Assembly: GCA_902800645.1 (NCBI GenBank)
Contig: CADCFC010000003.1
Coordinates: 1,598 to 65,597, forward strand
Source: an uncultured Erysipelotrichaceae bacterium
GTDB taxonomy: Bacteria > Bacillota_I > Bacilli_A > RFN20 > CAG-826
DNA: 64,000 bases
Reading direction: 5' to 3'
This document shows positions 26,216 to 35,588 of the stretch, in pieces. The first letter of the stretch is position 1. Every line of letters starts with the position of its first letter. The notes under the pieces were generated by a model that was not told the DNA's origin, ran no database searches, and saw only the letters and a program-made list of their open reading frames with translations. The position numbers and the translations under genes are program-made.

Positions 26216-29055
26216 TAAATTGAAATCTCCAAATAAATATCGATAGTTTGTGGTTTTTTGGCAGAGCTAAATTCACACTGAAACAAGTTGAAACTATCTT
26301 TTTTAATTACATAAAGTAAAAGCCATATTAATGAAACAATAATTAATGGAATTGAAGAGAACAAAACAGGATAAAGAGCCTTTAAGATTAGAGATATCAC
26401 AATATTAATTATAACGACAGCCCCAACAAAAATAGCAGATAAATAAAGTTTTCTTTTTGCGGTTAATTCAAGGAATAGAACATAGCATATGACAGACATA
26501 AAATTAAAGAGAAAGGAACTGACAATTCGTATTTTTAGCAAGTAGTCATTATAAGAATAGTTTCGGCATATTATTCTATAATTTAAAGAAATAGATGGGT
26601 CTTTTTTGGAAACCAGTTCTACAGGAATACTGCCATAGGAGATAGCGGCTCTTGTTAAATAATTATCTACTATTCCATTTTTGTTGAAATAAGCTCTTCC
26701 TTCTGTTTGTCTAGCATCAAATCTCAAATCTTCCAATTCAACTGGATATATCTTCCCATTATCATATTCTATATAAACGTCGATTTTTTTAATCGTTCCA
26801 ATAGTCCACCAATAATCGTGGTTTATAAATTTGAGAGGTTTAATGGATTTAATATGAAAATTATATGTTTTAATAATATCGTTGTTAGACAATGATGCTA
26901 TTTTCAAAAATGCTTCACCACCGCCATTACATTTTATTTCCTTTGACAAAGGAAAGTAACTCAAGTTATTTGAATGCTCTACTTTTATGCCTTGATCAAC
27001 TTTACTACTTCCAAAAATGTCTGTTAGAGAAATAATATCCTTCTCGTATAAAGTATCTGGAATTACAAGATTGATTGATTCTGGAGGTATTAAAACGGTA
27101 TCAGAAACCGATAGGTGAATTTGGTTTGTGCTGTATACCGTATTATGTGGACCAACAATAGAAGCAGTAATAAAACAACTACCATTATTTTTGGTTCTTA
27201 AATAAGAATTATTAATTATTTCGCAGACATTGTTATCTGAAGAAGAAAAAGTAATATTGGCATTATAACCACAGTACTTTTCGTTATAAAATAAAGCCCG
27301 TGTCTCATTTATATCCATATCTATATGTTCGTCTAAAGAGAAAGATGTTGGATCTGTAGAAATGAGAAGATTATTCAATGAGTATTGTTCATAATCTACT
27401 ATTCTAACTACAATTTCCTTATATATTTTTTTTCTAAGTAAGGTTGCAGAAATTGTTACGCTTCCTGTTCTCTTTGCTTTCGCATTACCTGTCAATGGAT
27501 CAATTTCCAATATTGATGAATTGTAGCTTAGCCAAGACACCTCCTTATCTGTTGCTTCAGCAGGTGCTACAGAAGAAGTAAACAAGACTTCCTGACCAAC
27601 AAACATTTCTGATACAGAATTAATATCGATGGTTTTTGGCTCGATATATGTCGCGGGAGTTTTATCGGCTGGCAAAAAATCGACAACTTGCTTTGAAAGA
27701 GAGTTGTATTGAGGTGGAAGAAGCATAAAAGAAAAGGAGACAACACTTAAAATTCCCAACATTGTTGAAATAAATACTTTTTTAGAAGTAATCCGTTCAA
27801 CAATTCGATCATGATAAACCTTTTTGAATAGCACAGAATCAAAGCAATTTGATGAATATGAGATTCCTAACAACAACCAAAAAATAAAGATTTTAGCACC
27901 AGGACCATAAAAGCCATATCCTTCAAACAGTGAATTAAAAATAAAAAAGACGACAAGATTTTTTAATAAATAGCTTTCGTACGTATTTAGAGACGTATTT
28001 TTTTTCAGGAGGAAAAAGGGGGAGATTAAAATAGGGAGAAACATCAATGTTCCAATAATTCCGTAGCAACAAACAATCAAAATTGGCATGCAATCAACAT
28101 ATGTTGTGCCAGAACCAAGAAATGGTTGAAATTTAGAAAATTGATAGATAATTTCTTCGATTCTTCCAGATGATAAAGCGCTAATTACATCTGTTGTTTT
28201 GTTGTTTAACAAAATTTTAATAATAATCAAATTATTCAGATAAGGCACTGAAACAATTAAAGCAACTGCCGCAATCGCCAAAAAGCAAAACATCAGGCGA
28301 TAAAAAATTGACTTTACATAATCAAAATAAAATACAAACACATAAATGAATATGAAAAATATGACTGCGCGACATTTTAAAAGAAATATTATAGTAGAAA
28401 AAAACAATAGAACACCAACATCTAAAACAATGTTAAACCAAGATTTTGTTTTATATTTCAAAGTATAGAAGTGAAACAGAATAACGGCGATAAACAAAAT
28501 TGGCCCGGCTGAATTTTTTGATGAATAAGCGTAAATTTGTTTTGAAAGATCATAGCCAAATAGGCTACTCAAATAAATATAAATTGCTAATAACAAAGTT
28601 GAAACAACATAAATGATTATAATGTATTTGAGGTGAATGTCTTTATTTATAACATAACCAGCACAGCATCCGATAAGAAATAAAACCAATGAAACGAATA
28701 CAGTTCTAGTAAAACCGTTTGAATAAGATGGGACACCAGCAACGCCAGAAATTAATAAATACACCAAAAACGGAATCGCTATTGTAAAAACCAATAATAA
28801 AGATTTAAAAAATTTCTTATAGTTCAACAGTATAAGCGGAATTAAAGTAACTACCCAAATGACAATTGCCATAGAATTAAGATTTCGACTAACGAACACT
28901 GGCGCTTGTAGTGAGATAGTGGCAAAAGCAGAAATATAGATTAATAAAATAGAAGCAAAATAAAGACATTTTTGGTATTTGTTCCCTGTTGTACACAAAA
29001 ATGATTTAAAAAAATCAGTGAATCCTTTTTTAATTGAATTATTTAATAATTTCAT
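26215..29055 (-). CDS. Wzy/O-antigen-polymerase-like polytopic membrane protein fused to a ~400-aa Big_2-containing extracytoplasmic region and a C-terminal TM bundle
   Basis: The first ~440 aa are about a dozen hydrophobic helices. Then comes a soluble region including VGQEVLFTSSVAPAEATDKEVSWLSYNSSILEIDPLTGNAKAKRTGSVTISATL (Big_2-like). It ends with 2-3 further TM helices (VICYVLFLEL..., AIFVGAVVIINIVISLIL..., IPLIIVSLIWLLLYVI). Confidence 0.6.
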   Translation of the reverse strand: MKLLNNSIKKGFTDFFKSFLCTTGNKYQKCLYFASILLIYISAFATISLQAPVFVSRNLNSMAIVIWVVTLIPLILLNYKKFFKSLLLVFTIAIPFLVYLLISGVAGVPSYSNGFTRTVFVSLVLFLIGCCAGYVINKDIHLKYIIIIYVVSTLLLAIYIYLSSLFGYDLSKQIYAYSSKNSAGPILFIAVILFHFYTLKYKTKSWFNIVLDVGVLLFFSTIIFLLKCRAVIFFIFIYVFVFYFDYVKSIFYRLMFCFLAIAAVALIVSVPYLNNLIIIKILLNNKTTDVISALSSGRIEEIIYQFSKFQPFLGSGTTYVDCMPILIVCCYGIIGTLMFLPILISPFFLLKKNTSLNTYESYLLKNLVVFFIFNSLFEGYGFYGPGAKIFIFWLLLGISYSSNCFDSVLFKKVYHDRIVERITSKKVFISTMLGILSVVSFSFMLLPPQYNSLSKQVVDFLPADKTPATYIEPKTIDINSVSEMFVGQEVLFTSSVAPAEATDKEVSWLSYNSSILEIDPLTGNAKAKRTGSVTISATLLRKKIYKEIVVRIVDYEQYSLNNLLISTDPTSFSLDEHIDMDINETRALFYNEKYCGYNANITFSSSDNNVCEIINNSYLRTKNNGSCFITASIVGPHNTVYSTNQIHLSVSDTVLIPPESINLVIPDTLYEKDIISLTDIFGSSKVDQGIKVEHSNNLSYFPLSKEIKCNGGGEAFLKIASLSNNDIIKTYNFHIKSIKPLKFINHDYWWTIGTIKKIDVYIEYDNGKIYPVELEDLRFDARQTEGRAYFNKNGIVDNYLTRAAISYGSIPVELVSKKDPSISLNYRIICRNYSYNDYLLKIRIVSSFLFNFMSVICYVLFLELTAKRKLYLSAIFVGAVVIINIVISLILKALYPVLFSSIPLIIVSLIWLLLYVIKKDSFNLFQCEFSSAKKPQTIDIYLEISI

Positions 29056-31040
29056 TTTTGTGATTCCTCGGCAAGATTACGTTTAATAAAAGATATTGAA
29101 GGATTATTATTGACTTTTGCGTAAGTTTCTTTCAAATCAATAATCTTTTCATATTCTAAATCAACACATATTTCACTAAACAAAGAAATAATTCTAGAAT
29201 CCATACCTTCCCTTTTAATAATATAAACCTTCTTTCCATATATGATAGAGAAGACAATTGCGTGAAATGAATCAGTAATAATAAGCGACGATTCTTTTAT
29301 TAATTTAACAAAATCAAAATGATTAACTGAATTATACTTTGAGGATTTGTCTCGTAAATCAATGACGCTACTAGTTGAAATATTATCGATAATTTGTTTG
29401 TTTTCATCACCTAGTATATAAATAAGAGTGAAGTCGGACGGCAAATCAATTTTTGAATATTTTGTCAAAGCAACATCCCAATCAAACCGTTTCAATAATA
29501 ATGTAGGATCTAAAGTAAGCTGGCAAGGTACTTTTAATTTGTTTAAAATTGTCACACCGGCGCATTCTCTTACACCAATCGATTTAAAAGATGAAAAACC
29601 CTCAAGATAAAAACGTTTAATCTCTTCAGGCAAATACGAAACACCAAAAGAGGCTCCATAAGCTATTTTTTTGTTGTTATCCAAACCATCAACAATCCCC
29701 AATGTAAATAGTAAGTCAGTTGTATGATACGACCAATTCCAAATTTGGTCGCTACCATATATTAAATATTCAAACGAATTTAGCTGCTTTATTGAAGAAA
29801 CGGAGTTATTAAAATATGAGTTTTTTTCACCACTTTTGATTGAGGCTTTATAAATATGTTTATATTTCTTTGATTTAACAAAGCATTTCAAAAACCTTAT
29901 ATAATTCAATAGAGGAAAACACCATCTATCTGCCAATTCGTCATACTTAAGATTGTATGCAGAAAAACCCATCCGATTCAAAATAGTTCTCAAGGCATAG
30001 TTTTGCAATCTATTACCAAAATTCGAATAGCCAAAATCTGTTATAATTCCTATTTTTTTCTTATATTTATTTATTCGAATTGGTCTAGGAAACAAGCGAA
30101 TAATCGATGACAAAAATGATCTCATCACTCGCTTGCCATTATTAGTATTACCCCCTATAAACAGTTGAATCGTTTTAGCAAAACCATTTTTGTTTAATGA
30201 ATCATCAAAGTCGTTCTTATTACTTGGTCTAACAGCAGAAGAATAATACGAGATGTTAGGTTTTAAAGAAATTGAATAAGAAACTTCTCTCACCTTGCAT
30301 TTAAATTTCAAAGCATCTAATAAACCAAATTTATCGTTTCTAATAACAACTAAAGACACACCATGTTTATCATATAAAGATGGATAGGATTGTTTTATGC
30401 CCCAAAAATCTCCTAAAGTGATGTCTGAAAATCTATGTTCGCCTTTAAATTTGCAAGAATAACAAGATTCCATGAGAATATAGTCATGCAAAAAAGCTCT
30501 CATGTATGCATTACGGTTATGCCTTTGGCAAATACCATTTATTTCTACAAAATAGTTTTCCCAAGAATGTCTTTTTTTTCTAAAATTAGTACTATTTATG
30601 CAATTAATAGAACCAAACTTTTCTTTTATATACATATCCCAATATTTTTTTAGTGGAACTCCGTGGCAAATGGTATCACAAGTAACTAGATTATCCAGCG
30701 AAACATTTTTTAATTCTAGATATTTTTTTAGAGCATATATTTGGCAAGGTGTCCCCGCAAATAAAACTTTTTGATTGTTCTCTAAATCATGTAAGCATTC
30801 GTTAAACGTATGTTTTAGATCGCTTGCAACATACTTGGTTGACATAACTGAATATAAATCATCAATTGAAGAGACTCTTTTGTGAAAAACATTGCCATGT
30901 TCTATTGTGACACCATAAACAAAGCCTCCAGAAGTTAGTATTTTGCTTGCGAGATAATAAAAAGCTCCACCACTTGATGATTGGCTAAGTATCTTCTTAT
31001 TCTTCGATATTACAGCAAAGCATCTTGGAAGTTCGTTCAT
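29052..31040 (-). CDS. Fusion of an FrhB/FdhB-like (F420-hydrogenase beta-like Fe-S flavoprotein) domain and a polysaccharide pyruvyl transferase domain
   Basis: N-terminal half: SQSSSGGAFYYLA, CDTICHGVP, CYSCKFKG. C-terminal half: GSDQIWNWSY and a CsaB/WcaK-like tail. The ATGA junction couples it to the next gene. Confidence 0.65.
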   Translation of the reverse strand: MNELPRCFAVISKNKKILSQSSSGGAFYYLASKILTSGGFVYGVTIEHGNVFHKRVSSIDDLYSVMSTKYVASDLKHTFNECLHDLENNQKVLFAGTPCQIYALKKYLELKNVSLDNLVTCDTICHGVPLKKYWDMYIKEKFGSINCINSTNFRKKRHSWENYFVEINGICQRHNRNAYMRAFLHDYILMESCYSCKFKGEHRFSDITLGDFWGIKQSYPSLYDKHGVSLVVIRNDKFGLLDALKFKCKVREVSYSISLKPNISYYSSAVRPSNKNDFDDSLNKNGFAKTIQLFIGGNTNNGKRVMRSFLSSIIRLFPRPIRINKYKKKIGIITDFGYSNFGNRLQNYALRTILNRMGFSAYNLKYDELADRWCFPLLNYIRFLKCFVKSKKYKHIYKASIKSGEKNSYFNNSVSSIKQLNSFEYLIYGSDQIWNWSYHTTDLLFTLGIVDGLDNNKKIAYGASFGVSYLPEEIKRFYLEGFSSFKSIGVRECAGVTILNKLKVPCQLTLDPTLLLKRFDWDVALTKYSKIDLPSDFTLIYILGDENKQIIDNISTSSVIDLRDKSSKYNSVNHFDFVKLIKESSLIITDSFHAIVFSIIYGKKVYIIKREGMDSRIISLFSEICVDLEYEKIIDLKETYAKVNNNPSISFIKRNLAEESQK

Positions 31041-32554
31041 ATTTTTAAAACCTTCTTCATATATTCTTTTTCCTGTTTGTTAAGGCCAACCAGCCCAACC
31101 GAAATAAGATAAATAGAGGAAAAAGATAAAATGCTCTTTATAAATGTAAGCCAGTTAGAGTATCCGTTAATCATAAGCAAAACACCAATTGCAATTGGAA
31201 GGATAGTGGACGGCAAAGTTTTTAAAATATTCTTCCAAAAGAAAGCCATATCTATTTTTATATTTTTTTCATAATAAATATTCATAATAATGATGTTTGC
31301 TACAATAATTGAAATTGTTGTGCCAAACGCAACACCAACCACGCCAAAATAGTAGCAACATAAAATACTAATGCCAACATTAATAAAAGCCATTATCAAA
31401 TAAATAATGCTTCTAAATTGGTGTTTATTTTTGGCTCTTTGTATTTCTATTCCAGTATTCTGAATTAAAGGGACTATCTCGGGGACCATTAGCAACAAAG
31501 CAACATAATAGCTCTGTTCATAACCTGGTCCAGCCCAATGGTTAATAAAAAACTGACCAAAAAAAATAAAACCAGAAAGAATAAAAAACAAAACAAAAAA
31601 TTGAATGCGACCAACCTTGGTCATTAAATTTGTTAATTCTAAATCACAAGTCGCTTTGCCTTCACTAACAATTCTATTGATTCTAGGTGAGAACAATGAA
31701 GATATGGCAGTACTAAATTGAATAAAATATGTATTAAAAATTGCTCCAATAGCATAAATAGACACTGCAGAACTAGAAATCATACGCCCAAGTATTACTT
31801 TGTCTGTTTGCCAATTGATCTGATCAATTATTTGATTAATAGCAATAAAAATAGAAAATACAAAAATGTCCTTAAATAAACCTTTTTCAAATCCTTTTAT
31901 AGCAATTTTCATCTTAAGTTTTTTAAAGCAAAACAAAACGTTGATGATATCAACCGTAATTGAAACAAAAATAGTGATAGCAACCAAGCCTACTGAACCA
32001 TAACCAAAATATAAGGCAACAATAGAAAGAATGGGAGACAAAATCGTTTTCCCCATATTCAATAATTTTTCAAAAACGAATTGCTCTTGGCTGATAACGT
32101 ATCCTGAAAAAAGGCTCATCGGAAATGATATAGCTAAATTAATCGATAATAATATCATTAAATATTTAGCGGTATTTAGATTACTCTGGGTGTATGTTTC
32201 ATTAAAAAAAATTTTTACATTAAAAGAGAGGATTAATCCGGCGATAAGAGCCACTATTCCGATTCCACAAAAAACAACAAAATATAATCCGTTTAAACTC
32301 GCTATTTTATCAGGCTTGTTTTTTTTATATATCGAATAGAACCTTATATAACTAGCTCCAAGCCCAAGCGAAAATAAAGAAAGATAAGAAACTATTGATA
32401 TTGCAAGGTTATAAAGCCCATATTCAGACTGTCCTAAAATTTTAAGCATGAAAGGCGTATATACCAAACTAATTATTATGCTTAAAGCCATCTGAACGTA
32501 CTGAAGAATGCTTCCTAAACTTATTTGTCTATTCATGCTTACCTTCCACTTCAT
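31037..32554 (-). CDS. wzx: Wzx-type polysaccharide flippase (MOP superfamily)
   Basis: About 500 aa with ~12-14 TM helices and a typical oligosaccharide-flippase N-terminus (SLGSILQYVQMALSIIISLVYTPFMLKILGQSEYGLY). The likely start is the internal MNRQ at 32536. Confidence 0.7.
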   Translation of the reverse strand: MKWKVSMNRQISLGSILQYVQMALSIIISLVYTPFMLKILGQSEYGLYNLAISIVSYLSLFSLGLGASYIRFYSIYKKNKPDKIASLNGLYFVVFCGIGIVALIAGLILSFNVKIFFNETYTQSNLNTAKYLMILLSINLAISFPMSLFSGYVISQEQFVFEKLLNMGKTILSPILSIVALYFGYGSVGLVAITIFVSITVDIINVLFCFKKLKMKIAIKGFEKGLFKDIFVFSIFIAINQIIDQINWQTDKVILGRMISSSAVSIYAIGAIFNTYFIQFSTAISSLFSPRINRIVSEGKATCDLELTNLMTKVGRIQFFVLFFILSGFIFFGQFFINHWAGPGYEQSYYVALLLMVPEIVPLIQNTGIEIQRAKNKHQFRSIIYLIMAFINVGISILCCYYFGVVGVAFGTTISIIVANIIIMNIYYEKNIKIDMAFFWKNILKTLPSTILPIAIGVLLMINGYSNWLTFIKSILSFSSIYLISVGLVGLNKQEKEYMKKVLKI

Positions 32555-33152
32555 CTTTGCCTTTAAATGCTTGAAAAAAAGTTTTAAATACTATCAAACT
32601 GTCAAACCAAATATTGAATTTTTTAACGTATTCGCCATCAAGCTTGGCTTTTTCTGTTATTGGCAATGTATCTCTTCCGTTACATTGAGCCCAGCCAGAC
32701 AATCCTGGTTTGATATCATTTGCGCGATATTTATCCCTCTCCGCAATTAAGTCATCTTGATTCCAAAGAGCAGGTCTTGGTCCAACAACAGACATTTGTC
32801 CAACAAAAATATTAAAAGCTTGTGGAATTTCGTCGAGAGAAGTTTTTCTTAAAAATCTACCAATACCTGTTATATGTGATTCAGGGTTTTCAAGCATATG
32901 GGTAGGAATATCTTTTGGTGTATCGATTCTCATTGTTCTGAATTTCAAAATATTAAATGTCTTCTTGCTTTTTCCGATTCTTTTTTGCTTAAAAAATATA
33001 GGTCCTCTAGACGTCAGCTTTACAAGAATGGCTATTATCAAATAAAGAGGAGAAAAGACAACAATAGCTAGAAATGAACAAAGAATGTCAAAAAATCTTT
33101 TGAAAGGTAAATATATTTTCTGCCTGGTTGTTAGAAATGAATAATCGCTCAT
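32529..33152 (-). CDS. PglC/WcaJ-type small monotopic phosphoglycosyl transferase (bacterial sugar transferase)
   Basis: FKRFFDILCSFLAIVVFSPL...RIGKSKKTFNILKFRTM...SLDEIPQAFNIFVGQMSVVGPRPALWNQ...KPGLSGWAQ. Confidence 0.85.
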   Translation of the reverse strand: MSDYSFLTTRQKIYLPFKRFFDILCSFLAIVVFSPLYLIIAILVKLTSRGPIFFKQKRIGKSKKTFNILKFRTMRIDTPKDIPTHMLENPESHITGIGRFLRKTSLDEIPQAFNIFVGQMSVVGPRPALWNQDDLIAERDKYRANDIKPGLSGWAQCNGRDTLPITEKAKLDGEYVKKFNIWFDSLIVFKTFFQAFKGKDEVEGKHE

Positions 33153-33155
33153 ATT

Positions 33156-35051
33156 CTATTTTCTCTTCTTGCCTATTTTTTGATTATCGTTTTCAGTAAT
33201 TGTATAAGTAGTGATAAGAGATGCGAGTAATTCTTTGACACTTCTCTTATCATTCATGTTGAATGCATTTTTAACAACTTCAAGATCATTCATAACGTTT
33301 TCGTTAGTGACTTCTCTAGGTTCAATAAAGATCTTTCTATTTTCAGTTTTGATTTGGTTTTCTTTGTCTAAGAGAAGTTCTTCATAAAGTTTCTCACCAG
33401 GTCTTAGACCAATCTCAATAATCTTGATATCTTTATCAGGGACTTTACCGGCTTGACGAATAAGACGTTCCGCTAAATGGTAGATCATCACAGGTTGGCC
33501 CATATCAAGAATAAAGATCTCTCCCCCTTTAGCGAATAGTCCACATTGTAAGATTAAAGATACCGCTTCAGGAATAGTCATGAAGTATCTCACAATACGT
33601 TTATCTGTAATAGTGACTGGTCCGCCTTCTTCAATTTGTTTTTTAAATAGAGGAACAACACTACCGTTACTACCTAAAACATTACCGAATCTAACAGCAG
33701 CATATTTAGTAGTTTTGCTCTTCTCAGCGTAATATTGGATAATCATCTCAGCAAAGCGTTTAGTAGCACCCATTACATTAGTGGGTCTAACAGCTTTATC
33801 AGTAGAGACTAATACCATCTTCTTAACTCCATATTTATCAGCGAGTCTAGCAACGTTATAAGTACCAATAACATTAGTCCTAATCGCTTCAGCAGGACTA
33901 TCTTCCATTAGAGGAACATGTTTATATGCTGCCGCATGAAATATATAATCAGGACGATAAGTAGAGATAATTTGTTCCACTCTAAATTCGTTATATGTAG
34001 AACCGATTAATGTAACGAGATCAATATCATCAATATTCTCTTCTCTCATCTTTCTAGTGAGTTCCATTTGAATATCGTAAGTAGAGTTTTCATAGATATC
34101 AAAAAGAATAAGAGTTTTAGGATGAGTCTTAAATATTTGTCTAGTGAGTTCACTACCAATAGAGCCACCCGCTCCAGTAATCATCACCACTTTATTACCG
34201 AGCATATCATTAACTTCGTGGTTATCTAATATAACTGGATCACGGGATAATAAATCATTTAAATCAACATCAATGATTCTTGTATCGTTAGGACCTTCCA
34301 TTTCTGAAATCATTGGAAGTCTTCTAACTCTAACAGGACATTCATTAAGGATAGAAATAATCTCATGTAATCTTTCTTGAGAGATATCACTAATAGCGAT
34401 AATCACTTCTTCAATATCATAAAAATCAATAATAGTAGAAATCTTACTAATAGGTCCTTTTACTGGTAAACCACAGAAGTTGCCACCAATCTTATTAACG
34501 TCATCATCAACAAAAGCGATAACTTGGTTATGGTTAGATGCGTTTCTTCTTGATTCATCAACAACGATCTTTCCACTTACACCCGCGCCAATGACAAGAG
34601 TTCTAACTTTATCTTTCTTATGCAACATATGAAGTAAAAGATAGAACGCTCTAACAACAATTCTTAATCCTGGAAGAGTAAATGATAAAGTAGCCGCGTA
34701 TATAAACCAAGTCCAAACAAAATCAGTGAATCTTGGTAATTGAGGAACAAAAGCGATAACAAAGATAGATAGTAATAAACATCCTAAGGTAACCACCATC
34801 ATCTTTACGGTTTCATATAAACCGATATCGATAACTTGCATCCTATAAAATCTGAGTAATGCAAATATACCGCTAATAAAGAAAGACATACCGCCAGCAA
34901 AAGATAAAACAGCAATATAGTTTTTAACAAATCCGTTTAAGCCATAAAACGAAAGAAAAGCGATAAGAGTTATCGCAAAAATAACTATGATATCAACTGG
35001 GACAAATAATAGTTTTCTTTTCAGTTTTAAGAAATTATATCTCTCACTCAT
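33156..35051 (-). CDS. capD: Membrane-anchored CapD/PglF-like nucleotide-sugar 4,6-dehydratase
   Basis: Four N-terminal TM helices, a Rossmann motif VMITGAGGSIGSEL, and AAYKHVPLME. Confidence 0.85.
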   Translation of the reverse strand: MSERYNFLKLKRKLLFVPVDIIVIFAITLIAFLSFYGLNGFVKNYIAVLSFAGGMSFFISGIFALLRFYRMQVIDIGLYETVKMMVVTLGCLLLSIFVIAFVPQLPRFTDFVWTWFIYAATLSFTLPGLRIVVRAFYLLLHMLHKKDKVRTLVIGAGVSGKIVVDESRRNASNHNQVIAFVDDDVNKIGGNFCGLPVKGPISKISTIIDFYDIEEVIIAISDISQERLHEIISILNECPVRVRRLPMISEMEGPNDTRIIDVDLNDLLSRDPVILDNHEVNDMLGNKVVMITGAGGSIGSELTRQIFKTHPKTLILFDIYENSTYDIQMELTRKMREENIDDIDLVTLIGSTYNEFRVEQIISTYRPDYIFHAAAYKHVPLMEDSPAEAIRTNVIGTYNVARLADKYGVKKMVLVSTDKAVRPTNVMGATKRFAEMIIQYYAEKSKTTKYAAVRFGNVLGSNGSVVPLFKKQIEEGGPVTITDKRIVRYFMTIPEAVSLILQCGLFAKGGEIFILDMGQPVMIYHLAERLIRQAGKVPDKDIKIIEIGLRPGEKLYEELLLDKENQIKTENRKIFIEPREVTNENVMNDLEVVKNAFNMNDKRSVKELLASLITTYTITENDNQKIGKKRK

Positions 35052-35588
35052 AACATTACACTTTTATAAAGTGTTCATTTAATATAACTAGATTATAAGA
35101 CAAAAGTCAATAAAACGTTACATATATGCGCACATAACTAATTGGAATTATTAATCTTAAAATTATTAGATTATATCAATATTTGATACAAAAATAACAA
35201 CTATAAAAGACTCCATATCTATCTAACGGTCAATTAGAAGATTAATTAGGAGTCTTATTATTTCCGATACTAAGTATCGGCATTAGGTATCCTAATATAG
35301 TTCAACTATTAGGAATAGACAAATAAGTCACAACCACTATTGAATCAATAACCACTAGGGTAAGAAAGGAGATCAATAAGCGATTGCCCAAACATATATA
35401 ATGGATCCCACATTTAAATATATAGATATAGAAATGGATGCAATAGGATAACCATTATATTAGAGGAAACGTATATGTTCCTCCCTTACAGGTTTTAAAA
35501 ATAAATATATCTAAAGCCCATAAAGGAAGAAGGAACTCCCTAGTGGTCAAACCTAATAGAGTTCCTAATTTCTATTAATTAAAAATTA

